From the NCBI GenBank assembly GCA_944326565.1, contig CALVEL010000008.1, forward strand, positions 2,003 through 66,002: a stretch of DNA of 64,000 nucleotides, read 5' to 3'. The position numbers and the translations under genes are program-made. Numbering within the stretch: position 1 is the first letter of the stretch; every line of letters starts with the position of its first letter. Of this stretch, positions 1-8,566 are shown piece by piece. Origin of the DNA: Candidatus Gastranaerophilales bacterium (GTDB lineage: Bacteria; Cyanobacteriota; Vampirovibrionia; Gastranaerophilales; Gastranaerophilaceae). A model generated the notes under the pieces. It made no database searches. It was given only the letters and a program-made list of their open reading frames with translations, and had not been told where the DNA came from.

Positions 1-23
1 GAAAATTTCTTTTTACATTTAAA

Positions 24-974
24 ATGTATGGCTACAATAGCATTAATAGTACTTATGATGCTCGACATAATGATGCAACGATTCAAAAGTTTAGAAAGTA
101 TATGGAAGTACTAGAATTTACTCAAAAGTTATATAATGATGGAGATGATGATTTTAGGGAAGTTTTAGATAAGTTTTATTCTATAAATCCTTTTAAGCAA
201 ATAGATAAACCAAAAAAACAAATAAATAAACGTTCTGTAATTGATAATAAAAAAAATATAGAAGAATTTGTTGCAAAAAATTTTAAAGATTGGGATTTTA
301 GTGATTGTATACAAAAATATGTTTCAATTAATAAAAATTTTCCATTACATTATTATGTTGAATTTAGAATTCCTGATACAAGTTTTTTGAATTGTAGAAA
401 ACAAATATTCGACCCAGATAAATACCTATGTAAAGATGGAAAGATAAAAGAATTTAAAAGTTTAAATGACGCAGCTGAAGATATATTATTTATAACATCT
501 CGTCAAAATTGCAAAGAAATATGCGAATTTTGCGAGAGTAAATTAAAAGCTATATTTGATTGCGTAGATTTAGATATTGGTTATGGAGTATTTTTTCATA
601 AAGAGCTTATAAGAAATCCACAAGTATCCCCGAGCCATTTATTTAATAAAGCTGAAATAATGGAGCTGATGAAAAATGCAGATGATAGGCATTATAATAC
701 TTTAGTTATAGATGAAAATGGTTTTTTAAAAATTATACAAGATGATACTGAGGATGCATTTTTATTTCCAGTAAGATATTCACAATGGGTTGCAGGTAAT
801 AATTATGTAGGTAGACATGCTCTTCTTGACGAAAATTATATAAATGATATTTATATGTATTGCTTAACTGCTTGGTTAAGGTATCTTGAAACTGGAAAAG
901 CTCAATATTCAAGTGAATGTTGGATTAATGAAGATGAAAAGTCATTATTAAAATCAATTAAAAATTTTTATTAA
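24..974 (+). CDS. hypothetical protein (316 aa)
   Basis: Long uninterrupted ORF starting 23 nt into the window. I recognise no motif. It is followed by 350 nt of non-coding DNA. Confidence 0.5.
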   Translation: MYGYNSINSTYDARHNDATIQKFRKYMEVLEFTQKLYNDGDDDFREVLDKFYSINPFKQIDKPKKQINKRSVIDNKKNIEEFVAKNFKDWDFSDCIQKYVSINKNFPLHYYVEFRIPDTSFLNCRKQIFDPDKYLCKDGKIKEFKSLNDAAEDILFITSRQNCKEICEFCESKLKAIFDCVDLDIGYGVFFHKELIRNPQVSPSHLFNKAEIMELMKNADDRHYNTLVIDENGFLKIIQDDTEDAFLFPVRYSQWVAGNNYVGRHALLDENYINDIYMYCLTAWLRYLETGKAQYSSECWINEDEKSLLKSIKNFY

Positions 975-1325
975 AACTTGACTGAAATAGATAGATTTTT
1001 GATTAAAATTTGTTATTTTATGATACAGTTTATTAGTTTATAGTACTAAAATTCACATATTTAAAAGACTTCCGACTTTGTTCCGACTTAAATTTGGACT
1101 TTTTAAATGGGACATTTTTGTCCTTTATTTAAAATCGCTATAACCTTATCAGTGCTTAATTTTTAGGTAGTTTGTTTAATTTTGGGTTAGATTTTGAGAG
1201 ACAAAAAGAGTAGCAAAAGACCAATTTGAGTAATTACAGTCAATTTGAAAAATATCGCTAATATTCAAACACACTGGCTAATTGAGGCTATTATTCTACA
1301 ACTCAAATGTCTCATTAAACCTTAA

Positions 1326-2027
1326 ATGAAAAAAGTTTATAGGATATGTTTGGTATTATTTTTTTCTATTGTTTTTGCTAATTTCGTTTGGGCAAATGAT
1401 GAGGTTTTAATAGAAGAACAAAGCATACAGACTAAAATAAATAATTGTGGTTTAAAAATTTTAAATGCTAATAAAATTCAAAAAAGGGTTGTATTTGTAT
1501 ATGAAAACAAAGACAAAGAGTCTATTTTAAAAAGTAATGATACGTTATTAAACAGAGAAGTCATATTATACGATACCAAATATAAAAATATAGAAAATGA
1601 AGATGAATTAGCGGCATTTTTATCAAGAGAAATAGTAACAGCTGTAAGAAGTTATGATGGTATTGCAAATGGATTTTTAAGAAGTATGCAAATGAAAGCT
1701 GCTCCAAAAAAATTTGAAGTAGTTGCAGATAAAAGAGCGGTAGATTATATGGTTACGTCAGGTTATAACCCGATTGGGCTGATAACATATATTCAAAAGA
1801 CGTCACCCCAAAAAAAACAAGATCTCGTTTCATTTCATAATCTTACTTCTAAAAGACTTGCTATAATTTACGAATATATTTATACAAAATATCCTTATTA
1901 TTTAAAAGAAAATCCCTATTTGTATTCAGAAAGTTATCAAAATTTTCTTTTAACATCTATAAACAACAGAAAAAAATTAGAAGAAAAAATAAAAACAAAT
2001 TCAAAGGATAAAGTAAAATATGAATAG
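1326..2027 (+). CDS. secreted M48-peptidase-like protein with degenerate metal site
   Basis: Signal-peptide-like N-terminus MKKVYRICLVLFFSIVFANFVWA. The block ELAAFLSREIVTAVRSY...VADKRAVDYMVTSGYNPIGLITYIQK resembles the M48 HExxH...EADxxG..GYdP region, but REIVT stands where HEIGH is expected. Confidence 0.55.
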   Translation: MKKVYRICLVLFFSIVFANFVWANDEVLIEEQSIQTKINNCGLKILNANKIQKRVVFVYENKDKESILKSNDTLLNREVILYDTKYKNIENEDELAAFLSREIVTAVRSYDGIANGFLRSMQMKAAPKKFEVVADKRAVDYMVTSGYNPIGLITYIQKTSPQKKQDLVSFHNLTSKRLAIIYEYIYTKYPYYLKENPYLYSESYQNFLLTSINNRKKLEEKIKTNSKDKVKYE

Positions 2028-2580
2028 GTTTTTAAGTATAATCTTTATTTTATTTAGTATAAGTCTTCCTGCAATTAGTTATGAAGAAGATTTTATAGTA
2101 GAAAAGTTTTTATCTGAAAAAGATTTGGAAAAACCTTTTGTTAACGATAATTATAACTATCAAGACACAAATATTATACCAATAAGACTTAAAATAATTG
2201 ATTCTATCAAGTCAGAGCAAGATATTTATGAAGGTCAAGTTTTAAAATTTAAATTAATAGAAGATATATGGGATCAAGAAATACTATTATTGAAACGAGG
2301 TACAATTTGTACAGCGAATGTAGAAACAATAATAAACAACGGAATGAATGGCATACCTGCAAGTATAATTTTAGGGAACTTTCAAATTCCAAATATTGAT
2401 TCTAATAAACTCCAATCAGATTATGAAAAATATGGTATGGATTTAAGTCTTATAGTTTTTCCTTTAAAATGGGCACTTACGATATTACCGCCGACTGGAT
2501 CTTTAACAAATTTCATAAAGGGCGGGCATGCAAAAATTAAAAATAAAGATATTATTACTATAAAATATTTTTCAAATTAA
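2020..2580 (+). CDS. secreted hypothetical protein (186 aa)
   Basis: Start overlaps the stop of the previous ORF by 8 nt (ATGAATAG). Hydrophobic signal-like N-terminus MNRFLSIIFILFSISLPAISY. Confidence 0.55.
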   Translation: MNRFLSIIFILFSISLPAISYEEDFIVEKFLSEKDLEKPFVNDNYNYQDTNIIPIRLKIIDSIKSEQDIYEGQVLKFKLIEDIWDQEILLLKRGTICTANVETIINNGMNGIPASIILGNFQIPNIDSNKLQSDYEKYGMDLSLIVFPLKWALTILPPTGSLTNFIKGGHAKIKNKDIITIKYFSN

Positions 2581-2613
2581 AAATTATTTATTAAATAGTA
2601 ATTTACTTAAATG

Positions 2614-3108
2614 TTATAAATTTATGGCATTATACCAGATATCATACAGGTTTTCAATACGAAATCTTGCATTTGCAGGACTTGTAGAAGGTAATACAAA
2701 ATGATTATAATTAAGTAAAAATTCTGGAAAATATTTTTTAAATGCATTATAGGCTTTGTTTCCGTTAAAACATATTTTTTCAATATTTGGATATTTTTTT
2801 AACAACAAATCGAAATTATTAGGACTTTCATTTAAAATATCCGAATCCATGCTTCCTTCTCTTTCACAAGATTTTATTACATCCCAAAGAGCTAACTTAT
2901 TATTTAATAATATATTAAGTTTATTATCATATTCTAAGTCTGATAAATTATTATAATTGCATAACAGACCTATCAATTTCCAAAATCTGTTTTGAGGATG
3001 AGCATAATATTGTTGTTTTTCTAATGATTTCACACCTGGTATTGAACCTAAAATCAGTATTTTTGATTGAGGATTAATTATTGGAGAAAAACTTTTACAA
3101 ATAGTCAT
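2614..3108 (-). CDS. DNA-deoxyinosine (hypoxanthine) glycosylase, uracil-DNA glycosylase superfamily
   Basis: N-terminal ILILGSIPGVKSLEKQQYYAHPQNRFWKLIG matches the recalled consensus of the small UDG-superfamily hypoxanthine glycosylases (GSfPs..S....YYahp.N.FW). Size of 164 aa fits. Confidence 0.7.
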   Translation of the reverse strand: MTICKSFSPIINPQSKILILGSIPGVKSLEKQQYYAHPQNRFWKLIGLLCNYNNLSDLEYDNKLNILLNNKLALWDVIKSCEREGSMDSDILNESPNNFDLLLKKYPNIEKICFNGNKAYNAFKKYFPEFLLNYNHFVLPSTSPANARFRIENLYDIWYNAINL

Positions 3109-3200
3109 GTATAAATTTTATCATGTCATAAAATTTTTTAATATATTTGACAAAATAGAATGTCTATTTAATAATTAATCTAAAGAAATGGTCTAAGAGT

Positions 3201-4361
3201 ATGAAGATTTATAATAAGTATCCTGGTCTCAATTATAGGGTTTATTTTTCAGGAACGAATCCTACAATAGATAAAACAAAAACTGATAAATACGAAAAAG
3301 TGAATCAAAAAGCTTTAACAGCATCCTTGGCTGGTCTTAGTTGTGCTGCAATTGGTAGCATTTATCTTATTAGTCATAAATCACCTAAGAAACTGACAAA
3401 AGTAATTTCAGAAGAAATCAGATTTGTCGATTTTAAACTTCCTGATGAAGTTATCGCTAATTCATTACCAAAAGCCATAAAACAAAAACTATCTATAAAT
3501 AATAACTATCAAAAACTAAAATCAATGTTTAATTCTCCAAATAAGGAAAATTTAATTGGCATGGGAGCAAATTCAAAGGTATATGATATTCCATTTATGG
3601 ATGAGTATGTTTTAAAAATTATAAATCCGGGAAAGTTTGAAGATCCTAATAGTATTCCAGTAGGTCTTTTCCCTGATGATGTAAACTTAGGTCAGCCAGT
3701 ATGGGTAAATCCTGAAAATCGTTCAATATTAATTTTGAAAAAAATAAAAGGAGTTGTGCATTCAATCGAAAACTGGTCAGATTTTATATATGATAAAACA
3801 ACAAAACTACCAAGAATATTAGAAAGAGCACACGGAGAAAAATATTTTGAAAAAATATCTAAAATTTCTCAAATGCCTCAAAATACGTTTGATGATTTGG
3901 CAAAACAAATAGTAGTAGTAGATACCACAGCTAAAAAAGGACAAAGATATCACAAAGGTTTTAAAATTGATTCAATAAACCCTAATAATCTTTTGATAGA
4001 TTTTGAAAATAATAAAATAAATGTTATAGATTACTTTGCAAAAGATAATCATGCCCATGCTAATTCATATATGGATATGGTAGCAAGTATAGCTGATTTT
4101 ACTTTATTAAAAGAATATATTGACGTAATTGATTCAAATAAACAGAAAAAACTTATTAATATGTTGAAAATAATAGATAAAAAATGTTTTCAAGCTGCTG
4201 AAAATCAAGGTTTAAGTACGGATAAAAATATATTTTTAAATTACATAGATGAAGTGAATAAATATTTTAAAGTTTTGCCTGTAAAATATCCTGATGGTAA
4301 AGAATATATAAGAGATTATGATATTACGGCACGTGAACTAATAAAAATATTGGAAAATTAA
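3201..4361 (+). CDS. membrane-anchored protein-kinase-like protein carrying the shared N-terminal leader
   Basis: Leader MKIYNKYPGLNYRVYFSGT, then a TM segment LTASLAGLSCAAIGSIYLI. Gly-rich loop plus Lys: GMGANSKVYDIPFMDEYVLKI. Catalytic-loop-like FKIDSINPNNLLID (DxxxxN spacing as in HRDLKPEN). DFG-like NVIDYF. Confidence 0.55.
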   Translation: MKIYNKYPGLNYRVYFSGTNPTIDKTKTDKYEKVNQKALTASLAGLSCAAIGSIYLISHKSPKKLTKVISEEIRFVDFKLPDEVIANSLPKAIKQKLSINNNYQKLKSMFNSPNKENLIGMGANSKVYDIPFMDEYVLKIINPGKFEDPNSIPVGLFPDDVNLGQPVWVNPENRSILILKKIKGVVHSIENWSDFIYDKTTKLPRILERAHGEKYFEKISKISQMPQNTFDDLAKQIVVVDTTAKKGQRYHKGFKIDSINPNNLLIDFENNKINVIDYFAKDNHAHANSYMDMVASIADFTLLKEYIDVIDSNKQKKLINMLKIIDKKCFQAAENQGLSTDKNIFLNYIDEVNKYFKVLPVKYPDGKEYIRDYDITARELIKILEN

Positions 4362-4425
4362 AATGATTATTATGTATTTTTTTTAATTTAGAGCAGAAAT
4401 TAACTATTTATGATAATATTTATGT

Positions 4426-5154
4426 ATGTATGCAGAGAATATAATTGTAAAATATTCTGAAATGGATTACAAACTTGCATTAAAACCTTCTGCTTTGTTA
4501 AATTTTCTGCAAGATATGGCAAGTAAAAATGCGGAAAATTTGGGTTTTGGTTATTCATATATAATAAAAAAAAATCTTGCGTGGTTTCTGTTAAAGTATC
4601 ATATGGAGTTTGATGAATATCCTCAAAAAGAATATAATCTTACATTAAAAACAGAACCTAGAGGATATAACAAGTTATTTGCATACCGTGATTTTGAGAT
4701 ACATAATGAAGAAAAATGTATAGCAAAAATTGCAAGCATATGGTCTTTAGTTGATATCGAAAGTGGAAAACTTGCACCAATTGGTCAAGCCCTTGATTAT
4801 AATGAAGGTATGCCTCCTTATACGAAACGGGAAAATGATTTAGAATTTAATAAAATAAATATTCCAGATAGTATTGATATTGAAAAAACTTTTGAAATAC
4901 GATATGATGATATAGATGTAAATAGACATGTCAATAACAGTAATTATATTGTATGGGCATTAGAACCGTTAAGTTTTGAGTTTAGAAGCACTCATCATTT
5001 AAGTGTTATAGATATGATATTTAAAAAAGAGATAAAATACGGACATAAAGTATTATCACAAATTAAAAAAGAAAATGATAATAATACCTTGCATATACTA
5101 AAGAATGCTGATACAGGTGAAGATTTATGTCTAATTAGTGCAAAATGGAAATAG
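4426..5154 (+). CDS. acyl-ACP thioesterase
   Basis: Two hot-dog halves with VKYSEMDYKLALKPSALLNFLQD and RYDDIDVNRHVNNSNYIVWALE, as recalled for the FatA/B-type acyl-ACP thioesterase family. Confidence 0.75.
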   Translation: MYAENIIVKYSEMDYKLALKPSALLNFLQDMASKNAENLGFGYSYIIKKNLAWFLLKYHMEFDEYPQKEYNLTLKTEPRGYNKLFAYRDFEIHNEEKCIAKIASIWSLVDIESGKLAPIGQALDYNEGMPPYTKRENDLEFNKINIPDSIDIEKTFEIRYDDIDVNRHVNNSNYIVWALEPLSFEFRSTHHLSVIDMIFKKEIKYGHKVLSQIKKENDNNTLHILKNADTGEDLCLISAKWK

Positions 5155-5162
5155 AGGGTAAA

Positions 5163-5654
5163 ATGACAGAATTTATAAAAGTAGAAAAAGAAGATATAAA
5201 AGTTTTGGCTGCGTTAGCTAAAGACATATGGTTTGAATATTGGCATTCTATACTAACACTTGGACAAATCTATTATATGGTAAATAAATTTCAATCAGAA
5301 ATGGCTCTAAAAGAACAAATAGGTAATGAAAATTATACTTATTATTTTATAGTTGAAAATGGACAAAAAATTGGATATTTTGGTATTGTTCCCGAAAAAG
5401 ATCATTTATTGCTCTCAAAATTCTATATTTCGAAAGATTATCGCGGTAAAGGTTTTGGTAAAATAGCGTTTGAAAAAATTAAAGAAATCGCTAAAGAAAA
5501 CGATTTTAATAAAATTCAATTGACAGTAAATAAACAGAACTTTAAATCACATGCAATTTATGAAAAATGGGGTTTTAAAACACTTCATCCGCTAGTAACT
5601 AGAATTGGTAATGGATATGAAATGGATGATTATTTAATGGAATACACTTTGTAA
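5163..5654 (+). CDS. GNAT family N-acetyltransferase
   Basis: Acetyl-CoA-binding-like block YRGKGFGKIAFEKIKEIAKE and C-terminal YEKWGF. ATG at 5163 is preceded by GAGGG. The upstream ATG at 5145 overlaps the thioesterase. Confidence 0.7.
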   Translation: MTEFIKVEKEDIKVLAALAKDIWFEYWHSILTLGQIYYMVNKFQSEMALKEQIGNENYTYYFIVENGQKIGYFGIVPEKDHLLLSKFYISKDYRGKGFGKIAFEKIKEIAKENDFNKIQLTVNKQNFKSHAIYEKWGFKTLHPLVTRIGNGYEMDDYLMEYTL

Positions 5655-5671
5655 ATTTTCAGGAGATAAAT

Positions 5672-6244
5672 ATGAAAGTTGTTGCAATAAATGGAAGCCC
5701 TCGTGAGGGTGGTAATACAGAAATTATGTTAAATGCTGTATTAGAACCTTTGAAAAGTGCAGGCATAGAGACAAAACTAATACAAGTAGGTGGTAAAAAT
5801 ATTCATGGTTGCCGTGGTTGCTGGGCTTGTCAAAAATTACAAAATCGTAAATGTGCATATTCTGATGATATCCTAAATGATTTACTAGAAGATTTATTTG
5901 AAGCAGATGCAATTATATTTGGTACACCATCATATTTTTCGGACATGACAGCAGAATTAAAAGCCTTGATTGATAGAGCAGGAGTAATAGCACGCGCAAA
6001 CGGTAAATTATTCAAATATAAAATCGGAGCAGCAGTAATTGCCCAAAGACGCGGTGGCGGGACATCAATTCAAGCAAGTATAAACCATATGATGTTGATG
6101 TCAGAAATGATAATCCCTGGATCCACATATTGGAATTTAGGTTTTGGCAGAGATAAAGGTGAGGTTGTAAACGATACTGAAGCTATGGAAAATATGAAAA
6201 ATTTAGGTGAAAATATTTTATTCCTGCTTCAAAAACTTAAATAG
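5672..6244 (+). CDS. NADPH-dependent FMN reductase / iron-sulfur flavoprotein family
   Basis: MKVVAINGSPREGGNTE N-terminus and Cys cluster HGCRGCWACQK...C, preceded by AGGAG. Confidence 0.7.
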   Translation: MKVVAINGSPREGGNTEIMLNAVLEPLKSAGIETKLIQVGGKNIHGCRGCWACQKLQNRKCAYSDDILNDLLEDLFEADAIIFGTPSYFSDMTAELKALIDRAGVIARANGKLFKYKIGAAVIAQRRGGGTSIQASINHMMLMSEMIIPGSTYWNLGFGRDKGEVVNDTEAMENMKNLGENILFLLQKLK

Positions 6245-6252
6245 AATTATTT

Positions 6253-6897
6253 TTATTTAAGAATATCTAAAATCTCACTTGGATGATTAACAATTATATT
6301 TGCACCATGAGCTATTAAAAAATCAGTATTTTTATAACCCCAGCTTACGCTAATACATTTGAGGTTACAGTTTTTTGCTGTTTCAATATCTACTTCAGAA
6401 TCTCCGATATAATAAGTTAAATCAGGATTACAATTAAGAATTTTCATTGCTTTTAAAACACTGTCAGGAGCGGGTTTTTTCTTTACTCCTTCTGATTCTC
6501 CTATTGCTATTTCAATTTTTTTACCAAAATATTTTTCACATAATTCTTTTACTGCTTTATCAAATTTATTTGATACAACTCCGATTTTATAACCTCTTGA
6601 TTGGAGTGTTGTTAACATATTATCAACCCCATCAAATAATTTTGTTTTGTTATACATATTTTGAGCATAATGTTTTTTAAAACAATCAAGACATTCTTCA
6701 AAATTTGGATTTAAAGTACCTTGAGGAATTGACCTTTTAATAAGAAGTTTTACACCGTTCCCGACAAAATTTCTTATTTCATCAAGAGTTCTAGGCGGAT
6801 AATCATATTTTTCAAGCGCAAAATTTACACTGTCTTTCAAATCTTCTAATGTATATAAAAGTGTTCCGTCTAAATCAAATATTGCACCTTTTTCCAT
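6253..6897 (-). CDS. HAD-superfamily phosphatase (phosphoglycolate-phosphatase-like)
   Basis: Motif I FDLDGTL, motif II VVSNK, motif III/IV K...GDSEVD. ATG at 6897 has an AGGAAA RBS and avoids overlap with the upstream gene. Confidence 0.75.
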   Translation of the reverse strand: MEKGAIFDLDGTLLYTLEDLKDSVNFALEKYDYPPRTLDEIRNFVGNGVKLLIKRSIPQGTLNPNFEECLDCFKKHYAQNMYNKTKLFDGVDNMLTTLQSRGYKIGVVSNKFDKAVKELCEKYFGKKIEIAIGESEGVKKKPAPDSVLKAMKILNCNPDLTYYIGDSEVDIETAKNCNLKCISVSWGYKNTDFLIAHGANIIVNHPSEILDILK

Positions 6898-6907
6898 TTT
6901 ATGTTTC

Positions 6908-8227
6908 CTAAATAGTTTCTGTATCAAAACTAAATTCTTCGGTATTCATTTCTCTCAAAAATTCAACCCAGCTTATGTAATATTCAGCAATTGCATTTGT
7001 ATAACCTTCTAGTATGTCTTCATAAGATTGTTCCATTACAATTAGTGAAGTCAAATTTGCTTTACCTGTAGAATAATCTTTTTTAGAAATTTCAATCATA
7101 TTTTTAGATTCTTTTACCAATTTTTGATTATAAAAATTTAAATTTTCTTTAGATGTTAAAAATTGTTCGTAAGTTCTCTGTAAATCTTTCAAAGCTTTAT
7201 TTTCACAGGATTCATACTTTAATTTGGCTTGTTTTACTTCAAGCTCTGCATTTTTAATTTCAGGTGAATAATTATATAAAATAGGAAGATTGACTAAACT
7301 TGCGCCTACATAAGCTCCAGGCCTGAATGTACCATCATCTGATAAATGTTCAGGTTGATATCCATAGCCTGCTTTTATTAGTAAATCAGGTATTCTTTGT
7401 CCAGTTACAACAGACAATTTTTTCTCAGCAATGTCAATTTCTTGTCTTGCGATTTTTAAATCTAATCTGTTTTTTAAAGAGTTTTCTTTAATTAATTCAA
7501 AATCAGGAAGCTTTTTATCAGGACTTGGTGTCATCATTGCAAGAAAATCTTTTGAGTCAGGGAAAAAATCATCAATACTGTCATAGTCTTCCAATTTACT
7601 GTTAATTACTTTATTAAATTCTAATCCTTTTGCTTTTGCTGTCATTCTTGCTGAATTTACTCTTGTAATCATTTGATTTAGAGCAATTTTTGCTTGAATT
7701 AAATCTATTTCAGGCAATTCTCCTGTCTTTACTTTTGTTTCTGCTATTTCGACAAGCTCTTCAAATAATTTTTGCTGCCCTACAAGATTTTTTAAAATTG
7801 ATTTTGATGCGACAAGATTTATATAAGCTTCTCTTACATCCATTCCTAAATCAAATTCTTCAAAAGAAAAATTATTTTCGGTATTTAATAAATTACTTTT
7901 TGCAAGATTTTTTCTTGCACCTCTTTTTCCTAGTTCAACAGTCTGAGAAAGTCCTATTTGTTGAGGATTGCCTTTCCCAGCTTTTCCAAAGTTATAGAAC
8001 ACATCAATGTCAGGGTTTTGTAATCTATCTGCTTTTTTTATTTCATTTTTTGCAATATCAATATCGATTTTTGATGCTTTTATATCAAGGTTGTTAACTT
8101 TTGCAATTTCAATAGCTTCTTTTAAATCAATCTTTTTTATATCCCCAATTGCAAAAACTGTTTGTGATGTAAAAATAAGTGTTAATATAAACAAAAATAT
8201 TTTTTTCAAAATATAATATCCTCTCAT
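6908..8227 (-). CDS. TolC-family outer membrane efflux protein
   Basis: 439 aa with a signal peptide. Two long repeat halves rich in coiled-coil sequence (LKEAIEIAKVNNLDIKASKIDIDIAK...), typical of outer-membrane factor proteins. Confidence 0.7.
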   Translation of the reverse strand: MRGYYILKKIFLFILTLIFTSQTVFAIGDIKKIDLKEAIEIAKVNNLDIKASKIDIDIAKNEIKKADRLQNPDIDVFYNFGKAGKGNPQQIGLSQTVELGKRGARKNLAKSNLLNTENNFSFEEFDLGMDVREAYINLVASKSILKNLVGQQKLFEELVEIAETKVKTGELPEIDLIQAKIALNQMITRVNSARMTAKAKGLEFNKVINSKLEDYDSIDDFFPDSKDFLAMMTPSPDKKLPDFELIKENSLKNRLDLKIARQEIDIAEKKLSVVTGQRIPDLLIKAGYGYQPEHLSDDGTFRPGAYVGASLVNLPILYNYSPEIKNAELEVKQAKLKYESCENKALKDLQRTYEQFLTSKENLNFYNQKLVKESKNMIEISKKDYSTGKANLTSLIVMEQSYEDILEGYTNAIAEYYISWVEFLREMNTEEFSFDTETI

Positions 8228-8261
8228 AAAGAGCTACAAAAATATTATACATGAAAAAATG

Positions 8262-8447
8262 TTATTTTTTAAAAGTATCTTCATAAAGTTTATACAAATA
8301 AATAAAAATAAACATTGGAATACTTGTTAATCCGACAACAGCTGAAGCTTCAAAAAAATCTTTTGTTTTAGAAGAAAAAGACTTTTTAACAATCGAGTTT
8401 GAGCAAAAATTTTGTTGAGATTTAAAACTTATTGGTTGAACTTTCAT
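8262..8447 (-). CDS. small membrane protein consisting only of the shared leader plus one TM helix
   Basis: MKVQPISFKSQQNFCSN... followed by AVVGLTSIPMFIFIYLY. 61 aa, so coding status is less certain. Confidence 0.4.
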   Translation of the reverse strand: MKVQPISFKSQQNFCSNSIVKKSFSSKTKDFFEASAVVGLTSIPMFIFIYLYKLYEDTFKK

Positions 8448-8566
8448 TTTTCCCTCGCTTTATTATTTTTTATAAACCCTTTTTCAAATCACTACATTGC
8501 TAAATAGGATAAAGTAAAATATTTATATTATAATTTTTAGTAGTCGAAATATTTTAAGGTAATAAA

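Noticed and set aside
7690-8216. Plus-strand ORFs of 135 aa and 69 aa inside the TolC gene, and similar ones at 2756-2956, 5724-6015, 6447-6680, 9298-9573, 31442-31819, 39071-39478 and 47359-47673
   Set aside because: These are antisense shadow ORFs within longer, motif-supported genes. Their translations are low-complexity (Leu/Phe/Ile/Ser-rich), as expected from the reverse complement of AT-rich coding DNA.
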